From assembly GCF_004010195.1 (NCBI RefSeq), contig NC_057720.1, positions 7,677,117 to 7,741,116 of the forward strand: a DNA stretch of 64,000 nt, given 5' to 3'. Under the pieces are notes generated by a model. It searched no databases. It worked only from the letters and a program-made list of their open reading frames with translations, and was not told where the DNA came from. A program made the position numbers and the translations under genes. Position 1 is the first letter of the stretch, and the number at the start of each line of letters is the position of its first letter. Below, piece by piece: positions 51,250 to 61,852 of the stretch. This DNA comes from Chiloscyllium plagiosum. Taxonomy: Eukaryota.

Positions 51250-51385
51250 GTGATTTTGGAGAAGATTTGTAGCACAGATTCAGGTTCAGGTTCAGGTTCA
51301 GGTTGTGTGATTGCTCAATGAGCTGGGGGATTTGTTCTCAGATGTTTCATCACCATGCTAGTTAATATCATCAGTGAATCACCAA
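51250..51385 (-). mobile_element. PLE family C terminal remnant with hammerhead trace
   Basis: Minus strand CACTGATGATATTAACTAGCATGGTGATGAAACATCTGAG; end matches 53580-53640. Confidence 0.65.
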
Positions 51386-51829
51386 CGAAGCTCTCTCTGA
51401 AGTTACCTCTCTTACTGGCTGTGAAATGTTGAAGGGGCAGGTGCCTTCATAAACAGTGGCCTTGCACATATCTGGTTCAGCTCAGTTGGCTAGATGTCAG
51501 TTTGTGACGCAAGGTGACGACAATTCCCACACTGGTTGAGGTTACCACAAAGGACTCTCTTTCTCAACCTCTCCGCTCACCTGAGGTGCAGTGACCCTCA
51601 AGTTAAAACCCCATCCATTGTCTCTCTATCGAGTGAGTTGCCCTGTTGGTCCGCTAAGATTATGGTGATTTTACTTCTATATTCCATATGTGCGGGCATA
51701 CTCCAAAGGGCAACACCTTCAGCCAAACAGTTCTGGAGTGCAGTCACTGGATCTGTTGACAAATACAGTCAGCCAGTTGGCGCACAGCAAGATCCCACAA
51801 ACAACAAGCATTCCAGAGAATCCATCCAT

Positions 51830-52590
51830 AAGACCTTATGATATAGGAGCAGAAATTAGGCCATTCTGCTCCACCATTCAATCATGCCTGATAAGTTTTT
51901 TGACCCCATTCTCTTGCTTTCCTCCCGTAACCTTTGATCCCCTTGACAATCAAGAACCTATCTAACTCTGGTTTAAGTATACTCAGTGATCTGGCCTCCA
52001 AAGTCTTCTGTGACAATGAATTGCACAGATTCACCACTCTCTGGCTGAAGAAGTTCCTCCTTATCTCTGTTCTAAAAGGTCGTCCCTTTACTCGAAGGCT
52101 GTGCCCTCAGGTCCTAGTCTCACCTGCCAATGGAAACATCTTCCCAATGTCCAATCTTTCCAGGCTGTTCAGTATTCTGTATGTTTCAATTAGATCCCAC
52201 CTCATTCATTGTGGGCGGCACGGTGGCACAGTGGTTAGCACTTCCTCCGGGTGCTCCGGTTTCCTCCCACAGTCCAAAGATGTGCAGGGCCAGGTGAATT
52301 GGCCATGCTAAATTGCCCGTAGTGTTAGGTAAGGGGTAAATGTAGGGGTATGGGTGGGTTTCGCTTCGGCGGGTCGGTGTGGACTTGTTGGCCCGAAGGG
52401 CCTGTTTCCACAACGTAATGTAATCTAATTCTTCTAAACTCCATCAAGTATAGACCCAGAATCCTAATAGTCCTCATGTGTAAAGTCTTTCATTCCTGAG
52501 ATCATTCTCCTGAAATGACTCTGGATCTTCTCCAGGGCTCGCACATCCTTCCTAGGGATGGGCTCCAAAATTGCTCACAATACTCTAAAC
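51830..52590 (-). mobile_element. CR1 3' fragment with an internally deleted HE1 SINE (52212-52428 plus)
   Basis: CR1 3' similarity; the SINE jumps from GGTTAGCAC to TTCCTCCGGG. Confidence 0.85.
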
Positions 52591-52743
52591 CCATTACAGT
52601 CATGAACAAAGAAATGACTATTCTGCATCTTTGCACAGGGTCACAATTTTAGTGAAGGGAACATGTCATTCTAATCCTATCTGGCCTTCAAGTGACCCTG
52701 ATCTCAAGTCACTGCTACGAACTGTTGTACTGCTTTCTGAAAT

Positions 52744-53140
52744 CGAAAGGTGCAGCACTGGAAAGCATAGCAAGTCAGGCAGCATCTGAGGAGCAGTAGA
52801 GTCAATGCTTCGGGCATAAGCTCTTCATCAGGAATCTGGGACTTACACCCGAAACGTCCTCTCTCCTGCTCCTCGGATGCTGCCTGACCAGCTATACTTT
52901 TCCAGCTCCACACTTTTCGATTCTGATCTCTAATATCTGCCGTTGTTACTTTCTCCTCCTCTTGCTTTCTGAAATGTATGGCTTCATCAGGAATCTGGGA
53001 CTTACACCCGAAACGTCCTCTCTCCTGCTCCTCGGATGCTGCCTGACCAGTATACTTTTCCAGCTCCACACTTTTCGATTCTGATCTCTAATATCTGCCG
53101 TCGTTACTTTCTCCTCCTCTTGCTTTCTGAAATGTATGGC
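52744..53140. mobile_element. Family A fold-back element, then a ~159-bp tandem duplication of its right half plus flank
   Basis: TSD TGCTTTCTGAAAT at 52731-52743 and 52963-52975; 52824-52982 repeated at 52983-53140. Confidence 0.85.
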
Positions 53141-53576
53141 AAAGGCTTCAGAATCATGGAGGAAACTTGCAATGATGTTACGATGCTGCTCATCACTGCG
53201 TATAAAGAACAGAGTGTGGGCAAAGATCGAACATTATTCTGATTGATTTGATTTACTGTCACATGCATCTTGTTACAAAATACAGTGAAAAGTGTTGTAT
53301 AGTGTGGGCGAAGATAGACCACTATTCTGGGCAACTCACATGAACATACTGTGTTCATTAAGGAGTTCAAATATCAAGTTGCAGCTGTACTGGACATTAG
53401 TTTGGCCACTTATTAACTACAGTGTTTGGAAGGATGTTGTGAAACTTGAAAGGGTTCAGAAAAGATTTACAAGGATGCTGCCAGGGCTGGATGGTTTGAA
53501 CAAGAGGTAGGGGCTGAACAGACTGGGATTATTTTCCCTGGAACATCGGAGGTTGAGGGATGATCTTATAGAGGTT

Positions 53577-54311
53577 AAAGAGTTTTGAGAAGATTTCTAG
53601 CTCAGGTTGAGGTTTTGGATGTAGGTTTGCTCACTGAGCTGGAAGGTTCATTTCCAGACGTTGCATTACCCTACTAGGTAACATCTTCAGTGGGCCTCAG
53701 GCGAAGCAATGCTGAAAACTCCTAGGATGGATGTGTTGTCCCAGTCAAAGCGGTGTCCTTCCTCATCCATATGTAAGGATACTAGTGAGAGAGGGTCATG
53801 TCTTTTTGTGGCTAGCTGGTGTTCATGTATCCTGGTGGCTAGTTTTCTGCCTGTTTGTCCAATGTAGTTTTTTTAAGAGTCCTTGCATGGTATTTTGTAA
53901 ATGACATTAGTTTTGCTCATTGTCTATATAGAGTCTTTCGAGTTTTAGTGTGTTGGTGGGTTTGTGGGCTACCATGATGCCAAGGGGTCAGCCATCCTAT
54001 GATAAGCCAAACAGAGAGACACACGAGAATTCCCAGAAGCATAGCATTCCAACTGGAACTCTATCAACACACACATCGAGTTAGACCCTATCTACCACCC
54101 CGAGAAAAGGAACAGGAAGTGACTTCACCACAAGAAATATCATCACCACAGGAAATGACATCACCAACCCAAAGAAACCCAAACATGTAAATAGAGAGCA
54201 GGAATTTTCAGCATTGATTCGCCTGAGGCCCACTGAAGATGTTACCAAGTTGGGTAATGAAACGTCTGGAAATGAACCTTCCAGTTCAGCGAGCAAACCT
54301 ACATCCAAAAC
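53577..54311. mobile_element. Penelope-like insertion with inverted termini, GIY-YIG remnants and 12-bp TSD
   Basis: TSD CTTATAGAGGTT at 53565-53576 and 54312-54323; 53610-53720 is the inverse of 54200-54311; minus-strand GQTGRKLATRIHEH. Confidence 0.92.
54230..54269 (+). ncRNA. Minimal hammerhead ribozyme motif, family C
   Basis: CCA-CTGAAGA-T-GTTACC-AAGTTG-GGTAAT-GAAA-CG-TC-TGG; stem I CCA/TGG. Confidence 0.7.
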
Positions 54312-55049
54312 CTTATAGAGGTTGATAAAATCATGAGGAGAATGATAGATCTTTTCCCCAGGGTGGGGGAGTCCATAACAAGAGGGCAGAGGTTTAAGGT
54401 GAGAGGGGAAAGATTTAAAAAATGGACCTAAGGGGCAATTTTTTCATGCAGAGGGTAGTGTGTGTATGGAATGAGCTGCCAGAGAAAGTGGTGGAGGCTG
54501 GTACAATTGCAACATTTAAGAGGCATTTGGATGGGTATATGAATAGGAAGGGTTTGGAGGGATATGGACCAGGTGCTGGTAGGTGGGACTAGGTTGGGTG
54601 GGATATCTGGTCGGCATGGACGGGTTGAACCGAAGGATCTGTTTCCATGCTGTACATCTCTATGACTCTATAACTGGAGAATGCTGCAAGTTTTCTCAGA
54701 GCGGTTCCAGACACTGGTGTGAAAATTAAAATCGGCACGTTCGATCGCGAATGCGGTTCAAAGGAGCTCTGGCTTCTGTGAGCATTTGTGCAAGTCTTTT
54801 TTTTAAGATAAACATATCCGACAAGGTTACACATCATCCCAAAGAACAGGCCATGCCCCTTGGATGAATTAATCACCACTGGCAAAATTCCAGAAACTTC
54901 TCTCTTTTCCAGCTGTAAGTGATGTCACTCTGCTGAGTATTTCCAGTACTTTGCCTTTATGTTGGAATATCACCATCTGCCATATTTTGCAATTTTTAAA
55001 AATTCCCTGCTGGTTTTCAGTCTTCTTTCTCTTATACAAGGTGACAGGG

Positions 55050-55400
55050 CAAGTCATAGAGTCATACAGCAAAGAAACAGACTCTTTGGTCCAACTCGAC
55101 AATGGGCATCCTGATTTAATCTAGATTCAGTATATTGGATCAGTGTATGTCACTATGAGCTTTTGCTATAAATTTTGTATCCTATGATCGCACTCCATGA
55201 GATACCTGACAAAGGAGCATCACTCCAAAAGCTTGTACTTTCAAATAAATCTGTTGGACTATAGCCTGGTGTCATGTGATTTTTAACTAAATTAATCTAA
55301 TCCCATTTGCCAGCGTTTGGTCCACATCCTTCCTACTTATATACCCATCCAAACGTCTTTAAAATGTTGTAATTGTACCAGCCTCCACCACTTTCTCTCA
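55050..55400 (-). mobile_element. CR1 3' end with nested PLE family B remnant (~55125-55288)
   Basis: CCTGACAAAGGAGCATCACTCCAAAAGCTTG...AAATAAATCTGTTGGACTATAGCCTGGTGTC matches 12642-12720. Confidence 0.75.
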
Positions 55401-55411
55401 TGACCCACAAT

Positions 55412-56095
55412 CAAGATGGCAGCAGAGTAGCAGGCCTGAGCTGAGCCGTCTCATCGGCTTTCTTTTTTCTTCCAATTCTACTTTTTCTATTTAAAGCTTA
55501 CAGTGGCAGCGATGGCAGGATCAGGCAGAGAGAGCTCCACACCAGCCTGGGGTCTCCCGGCAAGTGAAAAATAGGCTGCAGGCTGAGTTCCTCTGGCCCG
55601 GACACGCAGGCTGAACCAAGGCTTCAGGTCCGCAGCTAGGCCAGGGCACCAGAAGGAGCGGAAGTGTTGGTGAAAGGAGACGAATGGCAGACTGGTGGCA
55701 TCGTTTGGAAGAGAGTGTGGAAGCGGAGCAGGAGGTATGGAGCCCATGCAACTCCAGGCCCATGGTTCCAGCTCAGACAAGGTGGCCAGGCCAATAACAG
55801 AGTGCCCACAGCCTTAAACCAAGTGCCCAGAGCTCAGCACAGAGTGACCACAGCCCGGCACAGGGTGCCCACTGCCTGGGACAGGGACTCCAGCAGATGT
55901 CAAGCAGTGAATGGAGGAACAGCAAAATAAGAACAAGAGGAGAGAAAGACAGACTCTATTGCAGTAAAATCTTGCGTTATATTCAGTGTTTCAAAATGGT
56001 ACCGGAGGGTGGTGTTTCTTCACATATAACACTTGAAAAAAAACACACTCTTCACTGTATTTTTATCTCTGTGGCAGTAAACCTGAACTTAATCT
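55412..56095 (+). mobile_element. Probable non-autonomous LINE derivative (CAAGATGGC start, GC-rich body, L2/Rex-like tail)
   Basis: Starts CAAGATGGCAGC; tail TTCACTGTATTTT..GTGGCAGTAAAC resembles the minus-strand tail at 53240-53300. Confidence 0.5.
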
Positions 56096-56486
56096 GGCAG
56101 CTCAATGGAATTAAAATAGTAATTAATGACCGGCGTGGATGCAATGAGCCAAAGGGCCTTCATCTGTGCTGTAGACTTCTGTGACTCCATGACTCTGTGA
56201 AGGTGCTGATCTTTGCTTAGGCCATTCTTCAGCTGTGAACATGGACATTATACCTCAGCCAGGCTTTCAATGCAGGAGGGCAACTCCTCCAATCACGCAC
56301 CTCGTTCTCCTTCACACTCCAGCTGTGTAATTTTTCAATGGCTCAGAATGGAAAGAGAATTCGAGATGTGCCTGCCCACTTGACTCACTCAACTTCCTAG
56401 CCCAGAGACACACAGGTTTATTGACAACAGTTAAGAGATAACCACTTGCTACAGGTCAACTCAAATAAACCAGGAAAGATCTTCTA

Positions 56487-56610
56487 GGAGAAAGTGAGGA
56501 CTGCAGATGCTGGAGATCAGAGCTGAAAATGTGTTGCTGGAAAAGCGCAGCAGGTCAGGCAGCATCCAAGGAGGAGAATCGACGTTTTGGGCTTGAGCCC
56601 TTCTTCAGGA
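56487..56610. mobile_element. PLE-derived family A element, single arm (another at ~63415-63543)
   Basis: GGAGAAAGTGAGGACTGCAGATGCTGG...GCCCTTCTTCAGG. Confidence 0.88.
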
Positions 56611-57376
56611 TGCCAACACTGAGTTTAATTCCTATGGTAGCTGAGGTTAGCATGAAAGACTCAAGCAGCCATGAACAGACTTTGCAATTTATATATCAAT
56701 TGCTCTCGGCCACCTACAAGGAAGTGAAAAACACCTGGAGAAGAGGCATAAACAAACAACCAGGTCTGAGAAGGAAAATGAATCACCTCAGCAAACCCTG
56801 TGGATGGACAGCATTGAATTGCCTTTCCAGTTTTTCCCTCCATCCTTAACACCAATGTTTATTTGGTGGTCTGGGTCTGTTTGTATTTAGGTAAGGGAGG
56901 TTAAAGTTTTAACTAGTAGAGGTGTGTTTCAATGATCCATAATTATTTACCTGTAGCTAGAATCTATTTATTTATAATAAATAGGAACTCTTGTTAAGTA
57001 TAAGAACCTGGTTTTCTGTTAACCAAAGCTTAAAAAGATGGATCAATTTTGGAATGTTGCTTACTTTGATAAAATCTTAATCTTGTTCGATACCTCTGGG
57101 AAAATTGGATCTTATTTTTTCTGGTACGCTATCCCAGACAAACTGTACTTTACCACACCTTTCAAATTACTTAAATTGGTATCATACATAGTTTGGTTTA
57201 TTCTATTTTTACTCTATTTGTTTTGAAGAATAACCTTCCATTTTATCATCAAGACTGAAGCTGCAGCATAGTGGCTTTGTGTGCCAGTGAAAGACCATCT
57301 TGTTGAAACCAAATTTAAAAAAAAAAATCTATCAAACTGGATTTCAGTTTGGGATCTAATTTGTCCAGCAATAACA

Positions 57377-57463
57377 AGTGTGGACTTGTTGGGCCGAAGG
57401 GCCTGTTTCCACACTGTAAAGTAATCTAATCTAATCTAATCTAATCTAATCTAATCTAATCTA
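57377..57463 (+). mobile_element. HE1 SINE 3' stub with expanded (TCTAA)n tail
   Basis: GTGTGGACTTGTTGGGCCGAAGGGCC followed by about 8 TCTAA units. Confidence 0.9.
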
Positions 57464-57718
57464 AAAAAGAGAGAATAGGTGAACAGGCAAAAGAATGGAT
57501 AATGATCTGGCTGGGACCGTGAATAAGCAGGAGGCTGGAATTACACAGCAAGCCAGGCAGCTTTAGGAGGTGGAGAAATCAACATTTCGAGTGTGAGGGT
57601 GAATAGCTATTAATGGGAACTGCTACAAAATTCATAGTGGTTACTATGCCTAGTTGTACGCTAATGACCCTTGTGAGCTCAAAGACTCATAAGAATGAGG
57701 ATTTTAATTAAAAAAAAG

Positions 57719-58032
57719 TGGGCGGCACGGTGGCACAGTGGTTAGCACTGCTGCCTCACAGCGCCAGAGACCCGGGTTCAATTCCCGCTTCAGGCGACTG
57801 ACTGTGTGGAGTTTGCACATTCTCCCTGTGTCTGCATGGGTTTCCTCCGGGTGCTCCGGTTTCCTCCCACAGTCCAAAGATGTGCAGGTCAGGTGAATTG
57901 GCCATGCTAAATTGTCCATAGTGTTAGGTAAGGGGTAAATATAGGGTTATGGGTGGGTTGCGCTTCGGCGGGTCGGTGTGGACTTGTTGGGCCGAAGGGC
58001 CTGTTTCCACACTGTAAAGTAATCTAATCTAA
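57719..58032 (+). mobile_element. Young full-length HE1-like SINE
   Basis: Intact A and B boxes, CpGs retained, CR1-like 3' end. Confidence 0.96.
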
Positions 58033-58895
58033 ATACTGGACAATAACACGGTGCAAGAAATCAACTCATGTGACTTTGCTAAGTACATGTCAGTTTGAAA
58101 TAGGCTGTACATTTATGTCTAAGTACAACAGGAACAAGGTCCTAATTTCAGGGAAGAAATGGAAACAGAAGAAAATCATAAAATACCAGAGATCAGAAAT
58201 GTAATTTCCATCGTTTTGAATGTACTAAAATGATTTACGTTAAGGACTGAGAAAAAAAACATTCAATTGCATTTTTCATAGAAAAAAAACACATGCTGTG
58301 TCTAATGTGCATAAATGATGCTTTGATAGTTCAAACTTTAATTTTCATGCTGTTACAATTATGAGGTTTATACGATAGTTATGTTTAGGGACGGTGTCTT
58401 TAAGCTATAATGAAGCACGTCTTTTGATCTGTTCTGAAGCCTGGCTATCAAATAGTTGGGATAGTTTCACTATTGGAGATGAAATGCATGGTTCCTACAC
58501 TTGGGAAACAATGTCAGCAACCTGGGTGCAAAGTCCCAGAAAAATGCCAAGTTGTAAATGGTGTTTCAAAGTTCTCCATTTGTTTCCAAGACAAAAATAT
58601 TGGATCTCAAAGATACTTTATCAGAATTTGAACATTTATTTGGATTTCTGAATATTGAACTATGGGCAGATAGGCTCCCTGCAATGTGGAAACAGGCCGG
58701 TGAAATAAGTCCACACCAACCCACTGAAGAGCATTCCAGCCTGACCCATCTGCCTACCCTATTCCCCGTAACCCTGCATATCCAAAGTCCCTGATAATCC
58801 ACCATGCTTTGAGAATGGCTCCAAGAGGAAAGTGATTTCTTGAAAAATCACTGAAAACTCAAAGACTAGGCTTTGAGCCGTAGGCAAAGACGTGG

Positions 58896-59165
58896 AGAGA
58901 CCCGGGTTCAATTCGCGCCTCAGGCGACTGACTGTGTGGAGTTTGCACATTCTCCCCGTGTCTGCGTGGGTTTCCTCCGGGTGCTCCGGTTTCCTCCCAT
59001 AGTCCAAAGATGTGCAGGTCAGGTGAATTGGCCATGCTAAATTGCCCGTAGTGTTAGTTAAGGGGTAAACGTAGGGGTATGGGTGGGTTGCGCTTCGGTG
59101 GGGCGGTGTGGACTTATTGGGCCGGAGGGCCTGTTTCCACACTGTAATGAAATCTAATCTAATCT
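58896..59165 (+). mobile_element. 5'-truncated young HE1-like SINE
   Basis: Begins at GAGACCCGGGTTCAATT. Confidence 0.93.
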
Positions 59166-61032
59166 TTCTGTCAGTCTCCAGCAGAGTAAAAGCAACTCTA
59201 GGTAGGAAGGTGCCCTAGTTCACCATAGAAAAACACAAATAGGAGTTCAAATACAGAAAAGACCAAATTCACGAGGAGTTAAAATGAGACTGGAAGTTTC
59301 CCTTAGTTTGCACTAAAGAGTGAATATCTACATGAAAAAAATCATGTAGATATTCAGACGGGGGGGGCGGGAGTCACTGGTGGGTTAAGCACTGCTTATC
59401 TCACTGCCCTTGAATCACTGATGGTGAGCTGCCTTCTCAGTACTTGGATGAAAACGGTTAAAAAGGTAACACTTTCACATTGGATTTGGAGATTAGATAA
59501 CTAATTTAGGGAAAGCAAATTGTTTGAGAGAACAGCTCATTACTGATTTTTTCAGAGAAAATTAATTCATAGATATGGGCATCTCTGGCTGGACCAGCTT
59601 TATTTACCATTCCTAATTGCCGAAAAGCCAGTTAAGAGTCACCTGCATCATTGTGGGTCTGGAGTTACCATAGTCCAGACTGGGTAAGGATGGCAGATTT
59701 CCCTTCCCTAAAAAGGGCACTGGTGAACCAGATCAGATTTTGACAATTACCAACATTAGACTTTTAATTTCTGATTTTAAATACAAATTAAATTCCACCA
59801 TGACAGGATTTGAACCCAGGCGCCCAGGACATCGTTTAGATCACTGAATTAATAGCCGAGCAATAACACCACTAGACTATTATCTCCCCTATATCTAAAG
59901 AAATAGAATATAGAATTACTACCTTTATAACCGTTGAGACAGGATTACACATCGGGTTTTGCACATGAATTTAGTGTTGCATACAAACAATCCTCACATC
60001 ATGGGAACAAATGTAACCTTAAAGACTGAAGGCCTTGCTATCTTAAGTAGTCCATCTCTCTTTTACAAACCGCAGTTAATATCGAATTCTCTATTTGACT
60101 CGTCTAGTCCCAAATGCCTTTGCATTTTTCCTCTATCTTCCACTGTTAAGAAACATTGTATTGCAACTTCACCATCGACAGCAAGAGTTTTGACATATAT
60201 TTTCCCTCTTCAAAATGAAGACGCCCTATGATCAGCTGTCCAAATGCCGATCAGATAGCCCAGTACTGTACAATCTGTGCAAATTACATCTGCAAACCCC
60301 CTGTGCACAGGTACAGACTGATTTTACCAACAGTCATTGAGAGAGCCCAAAATAGAGCAATTTTATCTGGGCTAGTGCCCAAGATCTGCTAGACATACAT
60401 ATATAATTATTTTGAATGATTTATTTCGAGGCCTTCAATGATGAACAGCTTTGAATTAATAATTCAGCAGCACTAATCATTAGTCTATTTTTCAAAACTC
60501 TTATTTGTCTTCCTCTCAAGCAGAACACATTAACTTTGTGTGCAGTGAATGTAATAAAACAAGACTCAATATTTTTTAAAGCCCTTTCAAGGAAATGCAT
60601 TATATTATTTATCCAAATTATAATTTTCATAAATTAAATTTTCTAGTTTAGCAGATTTAAACTTGTTTAAATGTAAATTAGATTCATGTTTAAATGCAAA
60701 ATTAATTACTGCTTTCCAACGTCAGAGCTTCTTCAGTGCAATTCTGAATTGCATTTCAGAACAAATTAACTCTTAGAGTCCTATGCATTTGTTGACACAC
60801 TCTGCTGTGATATACCATGATCCATTGGTGAAGTGGCTTCCACGTCACTGGAAAGACCTCATGAGATTCAGGGTTCAGTCCTGCCCCAAGAACAATGGTT
60901 CACCATGAGAAAAAAACTCCAGTAAGGAGCCGCCACATCTACAGAGGGATAACATACCACACTGCAGAATGGAAGAAAATTGCCAAAAAGGTGATGGAAA
61001 GGGATCAAGAGATGGACATACTCCCCATGTCC

Positions 61033-61852
61033 TGGCACGGTGGCTCAGTGGTTAGCACTGTTGCTTCACAGTGCCAGGGACCCGGGTTTGATACCAGCCT
61101 CGGGCGACTATCTGTGGGGAATTTGCACATTCTCCCTGTGTGTGCGTGGGTTTCCTCTGGGTGCTCCAGATTCCTCCCACAGTCCAAAGGTGTGCAGGTT
61201 AGGGTGGATTGACCATGATGCCACTGAACCATCGTGCCAGCCATAAACTGATAGAAGAATGGAACCATACACCTGGTAACACTCTGCACGACAAACCGGC
61301 TGATTAACCAAATGAGTTAACCACCACCCAAGGTCAAGTAAGTAAGGAGCATCCTGAGTAAGTTAGACAAAGACCAAGCAAAGAATCTCGGCAGAAAGAC
61401 AACCAAAAGCTTTTGGGGCCAGTTCATCAGGTATATTCAAGAGGGAACTGGACGTGGCCGTTGTGGTTAAAGGGAATAAGGGGTATGGGGAGACGGCGAG
61501 AATGGGATACTGAGATTGCAAGATCATCCACAATCATATTGAATGGTGGTACTGGGGTGGCACAGTGGTTAGCACTGCTGCCTCACAGCGCCAGAGACCC
61601 AGGTTCATTTCCTGCCTCAGGCGACTGACTGTGTGGAGTTTGCACATTCTCCCCGTGTCTGCGTGGGTTTCCTCCGGATGCTCCGGTTTCCATCCACAGT
61701 CCAAAAAATGTGCAGGTATGGTGAATTGGCCATGCTAAAATTGCCAGCAGTGTTAGGTGAATGGGTCTGGCTGGGTTGCGCTTCGGCGGGTCGGTGTGAA
61801 CTTGTTGGCCCGAAGGGCCTGTTTCCACACAAAGTAATCTAATCTAATCTAA
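61033..61852 (+). mobile_element. Two HE1-like SINEs (61033-61215 3'-truncated; 61553-61852 full, inside a CR1 3' stub)
   Basis: Consensus match. Confidence 0.9.

Larger units (their letters stand above)
53370..54672 (+). mobile_element. CR1 3' fragment interrupted at 53577-54311
   Basis: [19 protein letters not shown] before the insertion; CR1 resumes at 54312 through to the (CTCTATGA) tail. Confidence 0.9.

Noticed and set aside
3885..55300. PLE targeting of CR1 (five PLE insertions fall inside CR1 copies)
   Set aside because: Target sites differ in sequence and position, and CR1 covers a large share of the window, so chance is sufficient
56860..57200. Possible LTR remnant
   Set aside because: Only compositional hints (AATAAA, T-rich); no TG..CA ends, PBS or second copy seen
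57719..57795. tRNA gene
   Set aside because: A and B boxes are present but continue straight into the SINE body; this is a tRNA-derived head
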